DNA of 64,000 nucleotides from Candidatus Heimdallarchaeota archaeon. Lineage in GTDB: Archaea; Asgardarchaeota; Heimdallarchaeia; Heimdallarchaeales; Heimdallarchaeaceae. The position numbers and the translations under genes are program-made. Position 1 is the first letter of the stretch. Each line of letters starts with the position of its first letter. The notes under the pieces are model-generated. The model saw only the letters and a list, made by a program, of their open reading frames with translations, searched no databases and was not told the origin of the DNA. Location: NCBI GenBank assembly GCA_030603365.1, contig JAUVXV010000005.1, positions 152,063 through 216,062 of the forward strand, written 5' to 3'. This document shows positions 28,985-40,542 of this stretch, one piece after another.

Positions 28985-30601
28985 TTACGCATCATTTCTC
29001 CTTCTAATGAAATTGAATAAATCCTTGTTTCTAATTAATAAAATAATGACTGTTACACCTAGGAAAGATGCAGCACCTATGAAGACATTTTGATAAACAT
29101 TCATTCTCCAGTTTACTTGAAAGAGAATCGAACCAGCATAATTATCAATGTTGTTTTCATTGGAAAGATGCCCTCCTTCGTCAGCAACAACCAGTGTAAT
29201 GTTATGTTCTCCTTCTGGTAAATCATTCAAATAATATTGTATACTACTTTTTCTCCAGTATCTTTGAAAAACAATATCTCCATTCTCTTTCAGTTGATTG
29301 TCAACATAGATAAAATATTCACCACTGAAATTGTTTTTTGATTTAAAGTTATACCATACATCCCATTCAGCATAACCATTTTCACTCTCTAATTGGTAAA
29401 ATTGAGGAGTAGAAACAATAGGGGTGAAATGAAATCGTTCCATTCTATAAATCCCAAATGCAACATCATTGACTTTGTCATAAGACTTTTCCCATGCTAT
29501 CTGTCCTTCCTTAGTTATTTCAACTATACGTGCACCTAAGCTAGTACCTGGATGAAGGGTTGTTCCAAAAACTCCCAGATAATTACCGTTAGTGAGAGGA
29601 TCACAATCTCCCCAAATAATGCTATAATAATCACTAGGTGCCACCCATTCCCAGGAAACATTTGCATACATCTTATCTTCATCAACAGTAATTTCCACAA
29701 GTCTAGAACGTTGATTATTTGCATCTGTTTGATTGTGCAAGTCATTATCAAATATGAGATATTTGTTATCATCAATTTTTTCTATTGAATGTGCATGAAA
29801 AAAAAGATTTTCTTTTTGATTCCCTCGAAGATCAAATAATGTGAAATCTCCTAATTCTCCTAATCCCCAAATTACATCTCCAGTCTTATAATCGATTTTA
29901 TAGAAAGTATTAACATTCCGAACATTAACATAAACTGCTGTTTCTTCCTCATCATAGAATACTGTGTTAGCATGAGTTACATCTCTTACTTCTCCTGTCT
30001 TATCATGGAATGGACACCAATCATATTCTTTGATAAAATCATATAGATCTTTAGTCCACAACACTTGTCCATTTGAATCATATTCTACTACATAATCAAA
30101 TCTATAGTCAAAACCACCTATATTTCTGCTGTATAATGTTAAGGAATAGTACGAATCATTATCATAATTTTTCTCGAAATCATGATGACCAGAGATGTTA
30201 AGAAATTGATTAACATCTGTTTGAAGATTCCAAAGATGCGCACCATCTGGTTCGCCATAAAGGAGTGTAGTTGAGTTAACAAATTCAGCTGAACAGTCCG
30301 CCAAGGGGACGTAAGGATTTATTTTTTTCATAAAAAGTACTTTTCCATCTAAGTCTTCAATGATAAGAGTACGATTGATAATATTGAAACTTGTTTGATT
30401 GACACTGTCTAAAACAAAGAGATTATAATTAGGTCCGCTTGTACTTGGAATACTATTTGCAGAAACTTCATAACTTACCTGTCTATCAAATGAGACTGTT
30501 TGTTGAGGAAATCCTTGAGAGAAAAATAATATGAAAAAGAGAATCAAACATCTGTTTTTCTTACTAAGAAACTGTTTCATAGCAGAGGATTCCACAGACA
30601 T
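28985..30601 (-). CDS. Arylsulfotransferase (ASST)-like surface protein, copy 3
   Basis: HHD, THAN, VRN, HAH, WGDCD. Confidence 0.8.
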   Translation of the reverse strand: MSVESSAMKQFLSKKNRCLILFFILFFSQGFPQQTVSFDRQVSYEVSANSIPSTSGPNYNLFVLDSVNQTSFNIINRTLIIEDLDGKVLFMKKINPYVPLADCSAEFVNSTTLLYGEPDGAHLWNLQTDVNQFLNISGHHDFEKNYDNDSYYSLTLYSRNIGGFDYRFDYVVEYDSNGQVLWTKDLYDFIKEYDWCPFHDKTGEVRDVTHANTVFYDEEETAVYVNVRNVNTFYKIDYKTGDVIWGLGELGDFTLFDLRGNQKENLFFHAHSIEKIDDNKYLIFDNDLHNQTDANNQRSRLVEITVDEDKMYANVSWEWVAPSDYYSIIWGDCDPLTNGNYLGVFGTTLHPGTSLGARIVEITKEGQIAWEKSYDKVNDVAFGIYRMERFHFTPIVSTPQFYQLESENGYAEWDVWYNFKSKNNFSGEYFIYVDNQLKENGDIVFQRYWRKSSIQYYLNDLPEGEHNITLVVADEGGHLSNENNIDNYAGSILFQVNWRMNVYQNVFIGAASFLGVTVIILLIRNKDLFNFIRRRNDA

Positions 30602-30661
30602 TATAAGTGTAATAAATGCATGTAGTTTTTATTTCTTCTGTAAGCGATAGAGTACTAGTTG

Positions 30662-32281
30662 TTACACTTTTCTCTTAAATATAGGTTTCTTGAAAATTTT
30701 AATTCTTACAAAAATAAATGAACAAATTAAGATTAGAGAACCCAATCCTACTGAGAGACCTATAATTAGTTCGATTCTTTTTGAAATTTTGAAAGTAAGT
30801 ATTCCAGTTGAGCTATATCTATCTGATTCGTTAGAGAGATGACCAGCCTCATCAGCTACAACTAATTCAATTTCATGCTCACCTGTTAGTGATTCATTGA
30901 CATAAAATTTGATTTGTGTAGCTTGCCAATATTTTGGAAAATTAACATCACCAGTTTCAACCAAATTACCATCTATGGAAATATAATATTTACCCTGGAA
31001 TATTGTTTTTGATCTAAAATTATACCAAACATCCCATTCAAATAAACTCCCGTTATCTCCTAGGTCGTTAAAACGTGGGGTTGACACTATTGGAGCAAAA
31101 TGAAAACGTTCCATTTTATATACTCCAAAACACTCAGTTCCTTCTTTATCAAAGAACATTTCCCATACAATATCTCCTTCATAGTTTACTTCAACAAGTC
31201 TTGCACCTATACTAGTTTTGGGATGCCAAGGTGTACCAAATACAGCTAATCTGTTGTTATTGGGAAGAACATCACAATCCCCCCACCATCCAGTATAATA
31301 TTCTTCAGATCCAATCCACTGCCATGTAACGTTGGCTTGCATCTTATCTTCATCAATCTTGAATTCAAGCATTCTAGATTGATGATTCATATTATCAGTT
31401 TGATTATGCTCATCATTGTCAAATAGAATAAATGAATCCTCACTGATTTTCTCGACAGCATGAGCATGATAAAACATTATATCAATTTCTTTTCCATTAA
31501 TATCAAATAGCTTAAAATTTCCATATTCTCCTAATGCCCAAAGGACATCCTGAGTCTTGTGATCAATCTTATAAATCGTATTAAGGGTTCTGCAGCATAT
31601 ATAGATTACATCTTCATCCTCATCATAGAAAACTGTGTTAGTATGTGTAATATCTCGATAATTTTCAACCATATCTTCATAGGGACACCATTGAGATTGA
31701 TTTGTAAAACTTCTGGTATCCAGTTCCCAGATTAATGTTCCATCTTGTAAGTATTCTCTAACCTTATCAAAAAGATACAAAGTGCCGTCAATATCTACAG
31801 TATATTTACTAATAGCAAAATATGTGTCATTTGCATAATTTCTTTCGTAATCATGGTGACCATATATGTTTAAATCCTGTGTAACGTTAGTTTCTAAATT
31901 CCAGAGTTTTGCACTTACGTGATCACCTTGTAAAATAGTAGTGGAATTAATAAATTCAACTCCAAAGAAATCTAAATTTGCTTCCTTTCCATATTCTTTT
32001 TTGAAGTAAATATTGCCTTCCAGATCTGTTATAAGAAAAGTACGATTTATTGGTATTAATCCTTCAGCATCACATTTCTCTAGAACAAAGAGATTATACC
32101 CTTCAAATCTTTGATTAGGTTCTGCGCTACTCATCACAAATTCTCTTTCTAGAACTTCAGATGAGGTATTTAACGCTGGTAAAAATAAGAAAGATAATGT
32201 AAGAGAAAAACACAATAAAAATAACATTTTTCTCTTAAACACACGTACAAATTTAAATCTGAAATAAACAAGCATTAGCAA
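30662..32281 (-). CDS. Arylsulfotransferase (ASST)-like surface protein, copy 2
   Basis: HHD, THTN, CRT, HAH, WGDCD. Confidence 0.8.
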   Translation of the reverse strand: MLMLVYFRFKFVRVFKRKMLFLLCFSLTLSFLFLPALNTSSEVLEREFVMSSAEPNQRFEGYNLFVLEKCDAEGLIPINRTFLITDLEGNIYFKKEYGKEANLDFFGVEFINSTTILQGDHVSAKLWNLETNVTQDLNIYGHHDYERNYANDTYFAISKYTVDIDGTLYLFDKVREYLQDGTLIWELDTRSFTNQSQWCPYEDMVENYRDITHTNTVFYDEDEDVIYICCRTLNTIYKIDHKTQDVLWALGEYGNFKLFDINGKEIDIMFYHAHAVEKISEDSFILFDNDEHNQTDNMNHQSRMLEFKIDEDKMQANVTWQWIGSEEYYTGWWGDCDVLPNNNRLAVFGTPWHPKTSIGARLVEVNYEGDIVWEMFFDKEGTECFGVYKMERFHFAPIVSTPRFNDLGDNGSLFEWDVWYNFRSKTIFQGKYYISIDGNLVETGDVNFPKYWQATQIKFYVNESLTGEHEIELVVADEAGHLSNESDRYSSTGILTFKISKRIELIIGLSVGLGSLILICSFIFVRIKIFKKPIFKRKV

Positions 32282-32335
32282 TATTAAGACTTGATGGCTT
32301 TTTATTTTTTCTATATTTATTTAACAAGCTAATAG

Positions 32336-33955
32336 TCATTTCTTCTTCTTGAATAATGGTTTTTTGGCGAAAAATCTAAACCAGATGAAAATAGTCGTTC
32401 CAATGAATATTGGTACTCCCAATCCCACTGATAGACCAATAACAAGTCCTGTTCTTCTAACTACTCTGAAAGAGATTGAACCAGTAGAACTATACAAATC
32501 TGTTTCATTTGAAAGATGACCGCCCTCATCAGCAACTACCAGGACAATTTCATGCTCTCCTAATTCTGTTTCAGAGATATTGTATCTTATCTTTGAATCT
32601 TGCCAATATCTTGGGAAATTCATATTTCCACTTTCTACGAGCTCATCATCTATTGTAATAAAATACTCTCCTTGAAAGATTGTTTTTGACCTGAAATTAT
32701 ACCATACATCCCATTCTAGATAACTATCATTAACCCCATAATCATGAAAAGTTGGAGTAGATACTATTGGTGAAAATCGAAAACGTTCCATTTGATATAC
32801 TCCAAAAACCTCTGATCCAACCTTTGGAAAAGAGTATTCCCAAACAATATCTCCATCAATATTCACTTCAACTAAACGTGCCCCCAGATCCGTATTTGGG
32901 TGACCTGTAACTCCAAAGACTCCTAACCGATTATTATTCGCCAATATATCACAATCTCCCCACCAACCACTAAAATATTCTTGTGGAGATATCCATTCCC
33001 ACGAAACATTAGCAAACATTTTATCTTCATCTATAGTGATTTCTAAGAGCCTAGAATGAAAATTAGTTACATTGGTTTGGTTATGTTCATCATTGTCAAA
33101 CATAATGAATTTATTGTGATCAATTTGTTCTAAAGAATGAGTATGATAGAATAGTATTTCTTTTTCATTTCCTCTTAGGTCAAATAGTGTAAAATTCCCA
33201 TACTCTCCAAGTCCCCAAATAAGCTCTCCTGTCTTATGATCAATTTTATGGAAAGTGTTTAAATTTCGAGAATTAAGATAAATTACATCCTCTTCTTCAT
33301 CATAGAAAACAGTATTCGAGTGAGTAACATCTCTATATTTTCCCTCCATATCTCCGTATGGACACCATTGAGTATAATCAACAAAACTTGAAGAATTGAC
33401 ATGCCAAACTTCATTACCCTCTAGATCATATTCAATTATTCTGTCAAATAAGTATTCAACACCTTCCTCTTCAACCACTTCTCCAACAAGACTGAAATAT
33501 GTGTTATTAGCATAGTTTCTCTCATAATCATGATGACCTGAAAAATTGAGAAATTGAGTTACATCAGTTTCTAGATTCCAGAGATATGCACCATCAATAT
33601 CACCATAGATGATTGTAGTTGAATTAATGAACTCTGTTGCAAAGTTTGCTAGAGCTCCTTCTTTATACAGTTCTTTTTCAAAGTAAATATTACCCTCTAA
33701 GTCAGTTATAATTAGTGTGCGATTAATGCTTGCCCAAGAAACAACATCATGCCTTTCAACGACAAAGAGATTATATCCCTCCATTCTCCCAATATTATCG
33801 TCTTCATCCAAAATCATTGCCTCTATTGAGTAGGCACCCCCTACGGTTGTACTAAGAAAAAATCCTGGAACAGCTATAAGGCTCAAGATCAGAATGTGTA
33901 GAATGAGCGTCAAATGAAAGATAGTAAGCATTCTTTTGAATGAGCAGATATGCAT
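32336..33955 (-). CDS. Arylsulfotransferase (ASST)-like surface protein, copy 1
   Basis: HHD, THSN, SRN, HTH, WGDCD. Confidence 0.8.
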   Translation of the reverse strand: MHICSFKRMLTIFHLTLILHILILSLIAVPGFFLSTTVGGAYSIEAMILDEDDNIGRMEGYNLFVVERHDVVSWASINRTLIITDLEGNIYFEKELYKEGALANFATEFINSTTIIYGDIDGAYLWNLETDVTQFLNFSGHHDYERNYANNTYFSLVGEVVEEEGVEYLFDRIIEYDLEGNEVWHVNSSSFVDYTQWCPYGDMEGKYRDVTHSNTVFYDEEEDVIYLNSRNLNTFHKIDHKTGELIWGLGEYGNFTLFDLRGNEKEILFYHTHSLEQIDHNKFIMFDNDEHNQTNVTNFHSRLLEITIDEDKMFANVSWEWISPQEYFSGWWGDCDILANNNRLGVFGVTGHPNTDLGARLVEVNIDGDIVWEYSFPKVGSEVFGVYQMERFRFSPIVSTPTFHDYGVNDSYLEWDVWYNFRSKTIFQGEYFITIDDELVESGNMNFPRYWQDSKIRYNISETELGEHEIVLVVADEGGHLSNETDLYSSTGSISFRVVRRTGLVIGLSVGLGVPIFIGTTIFIWFRFFAKKPLFKKKK

Positions 33956-34169
33956 CAGAAAGGAAAAGTAAAATTCAGTATAAGATTTTTGTTATTTAGT
34001 CTCATAAAGTATTATTCTTTAGTCTTGATTTTCACTGTCTTTCTTGGAATGTCATTAGTAAACTATGACCTAATACTAGTAATAATATTCCATAATTGAA
34101 AACTTAAACTGACAATAGTGTTTCATAGATAGAATTTAAAAACAGTCACTGCTTCTATTCTCTTCAGAG

Positions 34170-36245
34170 ATGAACGAGACTAATCAACCTAGCAAAAAAT
34201 CAAATCAGCTGATTAATGAAAAAAGTCCTTATCTTCTTCAACATGCTTACAATCCTGTTAACTGGTATCCATGGGGAGAGGAAGCTTTTCAAAAGGCAAA
34301 GAGTGAGAACAAGCCAATTTTCCTTTCAATTGGTTATTCCACTTGTCACTGGTGCCATGTGATGGAACATGAATCATTTGAGGATGAAGAAGTTGCTACA
34401 AAAATGAATGAGAAATTCATAGCAATCAAGGTTGATAGAGAAGAAAGACCTGATATTGATAGCATTTACATGAGTGTTGCTCAACTAACAACTGGACGTG
34501 GAGGATGGCCATTAACTATATTCATGACACCTGATAAACAACCTTTCTTTGCAGGAACATATTTCCCTAAAACCAGTCGATTTGGAGCTACAGGATTAAT
34601 GGAAATATTAGATCAAATCTCTTCATTGTGGGTAGAAAAGAAGGAAGAAATATTAGAAACAGCTGATAGGATTACTGAAGTTCTGCAGAAAGCATCAAGT
34701 CCTTACCAAACAGAGTACAATGGAGATGAACTTATAATCAGAGCTTTTGATGAACTCGATAACAGGTTTGATGACAAACTAGGTGGTTTCGCTACAGCTC
34801 CTAAATTTCCAAGTTCTCACAATCTCATATTTCTTCTTAGGTATTGGAAAAGATTTGGTGACAAGCAAGCCCTTTCTATGGTTGAAACTACTCTTCAAAA
34901 AATGCGATTGGGGGGGATTTTCGATCATATTGGGTATGGTTTTCATCGATACTCTACAGACAGAGAATGGTTGGTTCCTCATTTCGAAAAAATGCTTTAT
35001 GATCAAGCTATGATAATAGTTTCATATATAGAAACATACCAAATAACTAAGAAGGCAACATACAAAGAAACAGCTGAAGCTATTATTGAATATGTTCTGA
35101 GAGATATGACCTCGTCTGAAGGAGGGTTTTATTCAGCTGAAGATGCAGACAGTGAAGGAGTAGAAGGAAAATTTTACGTATGGAAATTAAAGGAACTTCA
35201 AGAAATTCTACAAGATGATGAGATGAAACTTTTCTATAAATTATTTAGAATAGAAGAAGAAGGCAATTATCTAGAAGAAGCAACTAAAGAAAAAACCGGA
35301 GATAACATTCTTCACCATAAAGGATTCCCTTCAATAGAAGACAAGAAGAAATTAGCTGAAATTAGAGCTAAATTATTTGAGATTAGAGAGAAAAGAATAC
35401 ATCCTTTAAAAGATGATAAAATACTTACAGACTGGAATGGATTGATGATTGCAGCTTTAGCTAAAGCCGCAAGAGCATTTGGAAACAATGAATATCAAAC
35501 TGCTGCTGAAAAAGCGGTAGAATTTATTTTTTCAAAACTCATAGATGAAAATGGAAGACTTATCCATAGGTATCGTAAAGGAGAATCAGCATTGACAGCA
35601 AATCTCGATGATTATTCATTCCTAATTTGGGGTTTATTGGAATTATATGAAACTAGTTTCAAAATAAATTATCTAGAAAAAGCATTAAATCTTAATAATA
35701 TTGTAATTAAACATTTTATAGACGAAGAAAACGGTGGGTTCTATTTCACACCTGATGATGGTGAAAAACTTCTGGTAAGAGAGAAGCTGATTTATGATGG
35801 AGCCATTCCTTCAGGAAATTCTGTAATGATGCTGAATCTTCTCAAGCTAAGTCGAATAACATCTAATCCTGATTTAGAAGAGAAAGCTGCATATCTAATG
35901 GCTGTGTTTGCTAAACAAGTGTCTAAGGTTCCTTCTGCTTTTGCTTTCCTTATATCAAGTTTGGATTATGCTATTGGTCCTTCTTACGAGATAGTATTAG
36001 TTGGGAAATCTACTGACGAAAACCACAAGGGAATGCTAGAAATTCTTCAACAAGAATTTTTACCTAATAAAGTTGTAATATTTAAGGATGTTGAAACGGA
36101 GAGCGAGATAGAAATTACTCTCGCTCATCTAAAAGACTTCAAATCTCAGAAGAACAAAACAACTGCATATGTATGCGAACAGTTCTCTTGCCAAAGACCT
36201 ACTACTGAAGTCAGTATGATGAAAAACCAGTTGGGATTGACATAA
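34170..36245 (+). CDS. Thioredoxin-domain / six-hairpin glycosidase-like protein (YyaL/SPATA20 family)
   Basis: [40 protein letters not shown]. Confidence 0.92.
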   Translation: MNETNQPSKKSNQLINEKSPYLLQHAYNPVNWYPWGEEAFQKAKSENKPIFLSIGYSTCHWCHVMEHESFEDEEVATKMNEKFIAIKVDREERPDIDSIYMSVAQLTTGRGGWPLTIFMTPDKQPFFAGTYFPKTSRFGATGLMEILDQISSLWVEKKEEILETADRITEVLQKASSPYQTEYNGDELIIRAFDELDNRFDDKLGGFATAPKFPSSHNLIFLLRYWKRFGDKQALSMVETTLQKMRLGGIFDHIGYGFHRYSTDREWLVPHFEKMLYDQAMIIVSYIETYQITKKATYKETAEAIIEYVLRDMTSSEGGFYSAEDADSEGVEGKFYVWKLKELQEILQDDEMKLFYKLFRIEEEGNYLEEATKEKTGDNILHHKGFPSIEDKKKLAEIRAKLFEIREKRIHPLKDDKILTDWNGLMIAALAKAARAFGNNEYQTAAEKAVEFIFSKLIDENGRLIHRYRKGESALTANLDDYSFLIWGLLELYETSFKINYLEKALNLNNIVIKHFIDEENGGFYFTPDDGEKLLVREKLIYDGAIPSGNSVMMLNLLKLSRITSNPDLEEKAAYLMAVFAKQVSKVPSAFAFLISSLDYAIGPSYEIVLVGKSTDENHKGMLEILQQEFLPNKVVIFKDVETESEIEITLAHLKDFKSQKNKTTAYVCEQFSCQRPTTEVSMMKNQLGLT

Positions 36246-37261
36246 TGAAGATAGAAATTGATACTTCTAGTTTTGATTTTCTTATCGAACTATATTCAGA
36301 GATGAAGAAGGGTCAAGAAATTACTGCCGAGAAATGGGGGGAACTTCTCAATACTATGGGGTATCAAGCATTACTAAATGAAGAATTTTCAGAAAACTTC
36401 TTTAAACGAAATTTAGAGTTAGCTTTTAATCCAACTAAGTCAGAAGAACTGCGCAATGCATTAGAAGTCACAACAGAAAGCCGATATCTTCGATATTATA
36501 TTGAGGTCCGAGAAAAGATGGCTGATTATCAAAATCATGTGAAGACTTTACAAAAAAATTGGGCTAGACTGGAAGATGCTATAATCACAAGAGCACAATC
36601 ATTACTTCCTTACAAAGAGTTTGATGAAGAAATAACGGTATCGATTGCTGTTTTTGATAGAGATGCTCGTGCGTATGAAGCAATAATATTAGATCCCATT
36701 TTTACAACACAAATGGAATCTTTTGTTTCCATAGTTGCACATGAAGTACATCATATATTGAGACATGGATTACTAAAGTACGATAAAGACAAAGTTGAGG
36801 ATGAGGAAAAGGATATTGTTTGGGTTCTTGAACAAATGCAAGCAGAAGGAATTGCTGATCATATTGATAAAGGATACTTCATTTACGGTAAGGAGCAAGA
36901 TTTTTTCCACAAACAATATGTAACCATGTTCAAACAATACGTTTCTGAAGTTCCTAAGATAATGAAGGACTTAGACGAAATTTTTCTGAAACTTTCTCAA
37001 GGTGTATATCAAAAAGAAGTAGCAGGTAAAGAATTACGAAATAAGATTCCACTATCCTGTCACCCTCTTGGTTATTACATGGCAAATATAATCATTAAAA
37101 ATTCCTTGTTGGATGACATGATAAGAGATATCGGTAACCCTTTCAGCTTCGTTAAACTATATAATAAAGCTGTTTTAGCTGATAGAAAAGAGATGCCATC
37201 ATTCGCTCTAGAAACTATTGAACAAATAGATAAGTTAGAACAAAAATACGTGAAAAAATAA
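36245..37261 (+). CDS. Putative zinc metallopeptidase (gluzincin-like)
   Basis: AHEVHH (HExxH) with downstream EGIAD; follows the upstream gene directly (TAATG overlap). Confidence 0.7.
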   Translation: MKIEIDTSSFDFLIELYSEMKKGQEITAEKWGELLNTMGYQALLNEEFSENFFKRNLELAFNPTKSEELRNALEVTTESRYLRYYIEVREKMADYQNHVKTLQKNWARLEDAIITRAQSLLPYKEFDEEITVSIAVFDRDARAYEAIILDPIFTTQMESFVSIVAHEVHHILRHGLLKYDKDKVEDEEKDIVWVLEQMQAEGIADHIDKGYFIYGKEQDFFHKQYVTMFKQYVSEVPKIMKDLDEIFLKLSQGVYQKEVAGKELRNKIPLSCHPLGYYMANIIIKNSLLDDMIRDIGNPFSFVKLYNKAVLADRKEMPSFALETIEQIDKLEQKYVKK

Positions 37262-37273
37262 AATGAGAAAGAG

Positions 37274-38101
37274 CTAATATGTTAACTCTCTTTTTTGAAA
37301 TACTGTTAGTGCTCCAATAAGAGCTACCATCCCAATTCCAAGAAGAATGAAGAAATCTCCTACAGGAAAAACTAAAGGACTTAGCTGATTTATGCTCCCA
37401 GCTGACATATAGTGGAATACTGAGAGATATTGTAACCATGAAAGACTATCAACCATCCCTCCTATTCTTACGATAATATACATACCAATAATTATTGCAG
37501 CTGAAGCTGAAAGAGCTTTTCGAGATTCAAGAAATAAAGCTCCACATAAAAGTGATATCGAACCTAGAACAAAGAACCACATCCATATGCCTAGCACTGA
37601 ATACGATAATGAGAGATAGTTTAATGAAACTTCATATCCCATTCCTGAAATAATTGTTGTGCAGATGTAAGATATAGGTATGATTAGAATAGGATATAGA
37701 AGGTTGTATGTTAAATAAACCATGAATTTCTCTAGAAGATATTTCCATCTTGGTATTGGAAGACTAAGTGACATGTCTAGTGTTTTCTTATCAACTTCAC
37801 TAGTAATCATTCTTGAAGGAAAGAAGATAACGATGAATAATAGAATCATTTCTAACCAGATGAAGATATACATAGTATACATACCTTGCCAAGTGCCAAC
37901 ATCAGCAAGACCTAAAGATCCAAGAAAAGCTCTATAAATCTGGTTTTCTAAAATCTCACTAAACACTTCTGCAGCTTCTTCTAGTTGTGGCCATATAGAT
38001 GCAATAAGAGGAATGATAAGAACCATAACTAGTGGAGGTATAATACCACTTTTCCAGTTTTTCTTCAAATTTTTTAAATATACTCTAAACATCTGAATCA
38101 C
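37274..38101 (-). CDS. ABC-2 type transporter permease
   Basis: 6 TM; EVDKKTLDMSLSLPIPRWKYLLEKF; ends FQKREL. Confidence 0.85.
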   Translation of the reverse strand: MIQMFRVYLKNLKKNWKSGIIPPLVMVLIIPLIASIWPQLEEAAEVFSEILENQIYRAFLGSLGLADVGTWQGMYTMYIFIWLEMILLFIVIFFPSRMITSEVDKKTLDMSLSLPIPRWKYLLEKFMVYLTYNLLYPILIIPISYICTTIISGMGYEVSLNYLSLSYSVLGIWMWFFVLGSISLLCGALFLESRKALSASAAIIIGMYIIVRIGGMVDSLSWLQYLSVFHYMSAGSINQLSPLVFPVGDFFILLGIGMVALIGALTVFQKRELTY

Positions 38102-39031
38102 TCACTGGTAATAATGGAGGAATATCTCCTCAAGACTAGCATCTTCAATGGTTAACCGATCGATTTTATATCCTGAAAGCTCTTTAAGCAATTCATTGAT
38201 ATTTTCTTTGAGTTGTAATTTGAAAGATGTATCGTTTATTTTTTCAACATCCATAACAAAGGGTAAATCGTCGAAAAATGATTTATCAGGAATAGAATCT
38301 TTTGAGAAATTCACACTAATATTCTGAAGAAATTTACTCTTCAAATCTTGGATTTTTTCTACAAGAATGATTTTTCCTTCCTTGATTATTGCAACTCTAT
38401 CACAAATAGCTTGAACTTCTGCTAAATCATGGGAACTTAGAAAAATTGTTACTCCATCTTTCCTTAATTGCTTAAGTATCTGATGGAATCTTGAAGTCAT
38501 CAAAGGATCCAAACCTGATGTAGGTTCGTCAAGAATCAAGAGATCTGGTTTTGAAGCTAAAGCTGCAATTATACCTACTTGTTGTCTATTACCAGATGAA
38601 AGAGCACGGATTTTCAAACTAAGATCAGCTTTAAAATTCTTTCTTAGTTTCTTTAGGAATTTCTCATTAATTGGTCTAAAATAACCATAATAATCAATAA
38701 GCTCATTTCCTGTGAAATTATCATAAAGTGCCATGTCTCCAGGAACATATCCTATCCTCTTTCTAATGGCTAATGAATCTTCATGATGATCAAGTCCAAA
38801 AACCTTGATTTCTCCCTCTTGGATATTTAAATAATCAAGTATAGAACGCATGGTAGTTGTTTTTCCTGCACCATTTGGACCAAGGAAACCGAATATTTCT
38901 CCTTTCTTAACAGCAAAAGAGACATCCTCAGCTCCTGTAACTTTTCTACCAACAGTTTTGATTCTAAGGTCAACTTCTCTACCATAAATTTTCGTCAAGT
39001 TAGAAACTTGAAGAATAACATCTGATGACAT
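38102..39031 (-). CDS. ABC transporter ATP-binding protein
   Basis: GPNGAGKTT, LSSGNRQ, LILDEPTSGLDP, SSH. Confidence 0.95.
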   Translation of the reverse strand: MSSDVILQVSNLTKIYGREVDLRIKTVGRKVTGAEDVSFAVKKGEIFGFLGPNGAGKTTTMRSILDYLNIQEGEIKVFGLDHHEDSLAIRKRIGYVPGDMALYDNFTGNELIDYYGYFRPINEKFLKKLRKNFKADLSLKIRALSSGNRQQVGIIAALASKPDLLILDEPTSGLDPLMTSRFHQILKQLRKDGVTIFLSSHDLAEVQAICDRVAIIKEGKIILVEKIQDLKSKFLQNISVNFSKDSIPDKSFFDDLPFVMDVEKINDTSFKLQLKENINELLKELSGYKIDRLTIEDASLEEIFLHYYQ

Positions 39032-39160
39032 CTGAGTTCAGTTCAGAATGAACTTAGACATTTATAAAACTGTATTTATCACATCATGCCTTGCTGTAAA
39101 CAATAGCTTTATTAGATAAAGAGCATTAATTTTCTTTTGAACTATGGGGGTTCACAAATT

Positions 39161-40531
39161 ATGAAAAGAAAAACAATTTACTCCATATTGACTGCTGTGA
39201 TTTTAATGGGTTCTTTGATTCCATTACAAACTCGAGCAGTTGCTGATATGATTGAATGGCATCCAAGTTTAGAAGAAGGAACTGTAGTCGCTTGGCGAAT
39301 AACAGATCAGTATCTCTTTGATTCTGCTGTTCCACCAACACTAGGTAATCATCCAATAAATCTTGGATCTGTGCTAGCATTTGAGATAAATGACACTTTA
39401 CCAACATACTATAGTAGTGCTTATGAAACTGGTCTCCCTCCTAATTTCTTGAAACTATTTGTTGACTTTAATGAAGTTTCATTCTTTGAGATAACAGATG
39501 ATACTGAACCAGCATTAGCTCTCCAGTATATGGTACTACCTTACTTGTTCTATCCTGCGTCTATAGGTGGAGTTCAGAACATTACTGAATTCTTAGAATA
39601 CAGAGCAGCTTCTGACCCAAATATAACTTCTATAAGTTATGTTGTTCTTAATTCAAACTATGTCCAAGTTTCTATCTTTAATGACTTCATTGATTCATTT
39701 GTAATTACTGTAAACAATAACACAGGTATTGTCCAGAACTTCTTTATAGAAGATGATTTTGGTGAAATGTTCGGAGAACTAGACATTTGGAAAGCAGATG
39801 TTGATGACTTTGGAACAACAATTACAAATACACTAAATTGGCATCCTAATCTAGTAGCTGGAACTGTTCTTTCTTGGGAAATCACCGGTTTAACCTTTGA
39901 TCCAACTCATGAAGGATTTATAGAGATAGCCGAACAAAATGCAACAATAGGTGGTATTTTCAATTTCAAGTTTCCTAATCCATTCCCAACTGATCCTTGG
40001 AATTATTATAATCCAGATAGTTTCTTCGATGTATTCTACGAAGAAGAACCAGTACGTTGGGTAAATATGACAAGAGCTCAATTGATAATCTGGTTGACTT
40101 TGACAACTGCACAAAGTGTAACACTCTATAATACCTCAATTATTTCTATGTCTGACATTCACGAGTTTCGTGGTTTAATGGATCCAGAGATTACAAGCAC
40201 ATCAATTATTCCTTCAGGTGATTATTTGGAACTTACAATACACATTGAAAGCCATAACGAAGGAGGAGGAACCGATGATATGTGGGTTGTATTTGATATT
40301 CATACCGTTTCTGGAATTGTTCAATCCTTAAGTATTGATATTGGTGGTGTAATTGAAATGGATCTAGAATTTCTGGAATCCCATTCTTCACTGTTGATTG
40401 ATGGATCAGTAAATTCAGATTATCCTCCAGATGATGATGATTCAACTCGAACTCTACCAGGTTTCAACTGGTTCTATCTGCTATTCTCATCATTAATTGC
40501 TCTGTCAATATTTCGAAGAAGGAAGAAGTAA
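39161..40531 (+). CDS. Secreted two-repeat surface protein with PGF-CTERM-like anchor
   Basis: Signal peptide; internal duplication WHPSLEEGTVVAWRIT / WHPNLVAGTVLSWEIT; ends LPGF-TM-RRRKK. Confidence 0.8.
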   Translation: MKRKTIYSILTAVILMGSLIPLQTRAVADMIEWHPSLEEGTVVAWRITDQYLFDSAVPPTLGNHPINLGSVLAFEINDTLPTYYSSAYETGLPPNFLKLFVDFNEVSFFEITDDTEPALALQYMVLPYLFYPASIGGVQNITEFLEYRAASDPNITSISYVVLNSNYVQVSIFNDFIDSFVITVNNNTGIVQNFFIEDDFGEMFGELDIWKADVDDFGTTITNTLNWHPNLVAGTVLSWEITGLTFDPTHEGFIEIAEQNATIGGIFNFKFPNPFPTDPWNYYNPDSFFDVFYEEEPVRWVNMTRAQLIIWLTLTTAQSVTLYNTSIISMSDIHEFRGLMDPEITSTSIIPSGDYLELTIHIESHNEGGGTDDMWVVFDIHTVSGIVQSLSIDIGGVIEMDLEFLESHSSLLIDGSVNSDYPPDDDDSTRTLPGFNWFYLLFSSLIALSIFRRRKK

Positions 40532-40542
40532 ATTCTTCTTTT

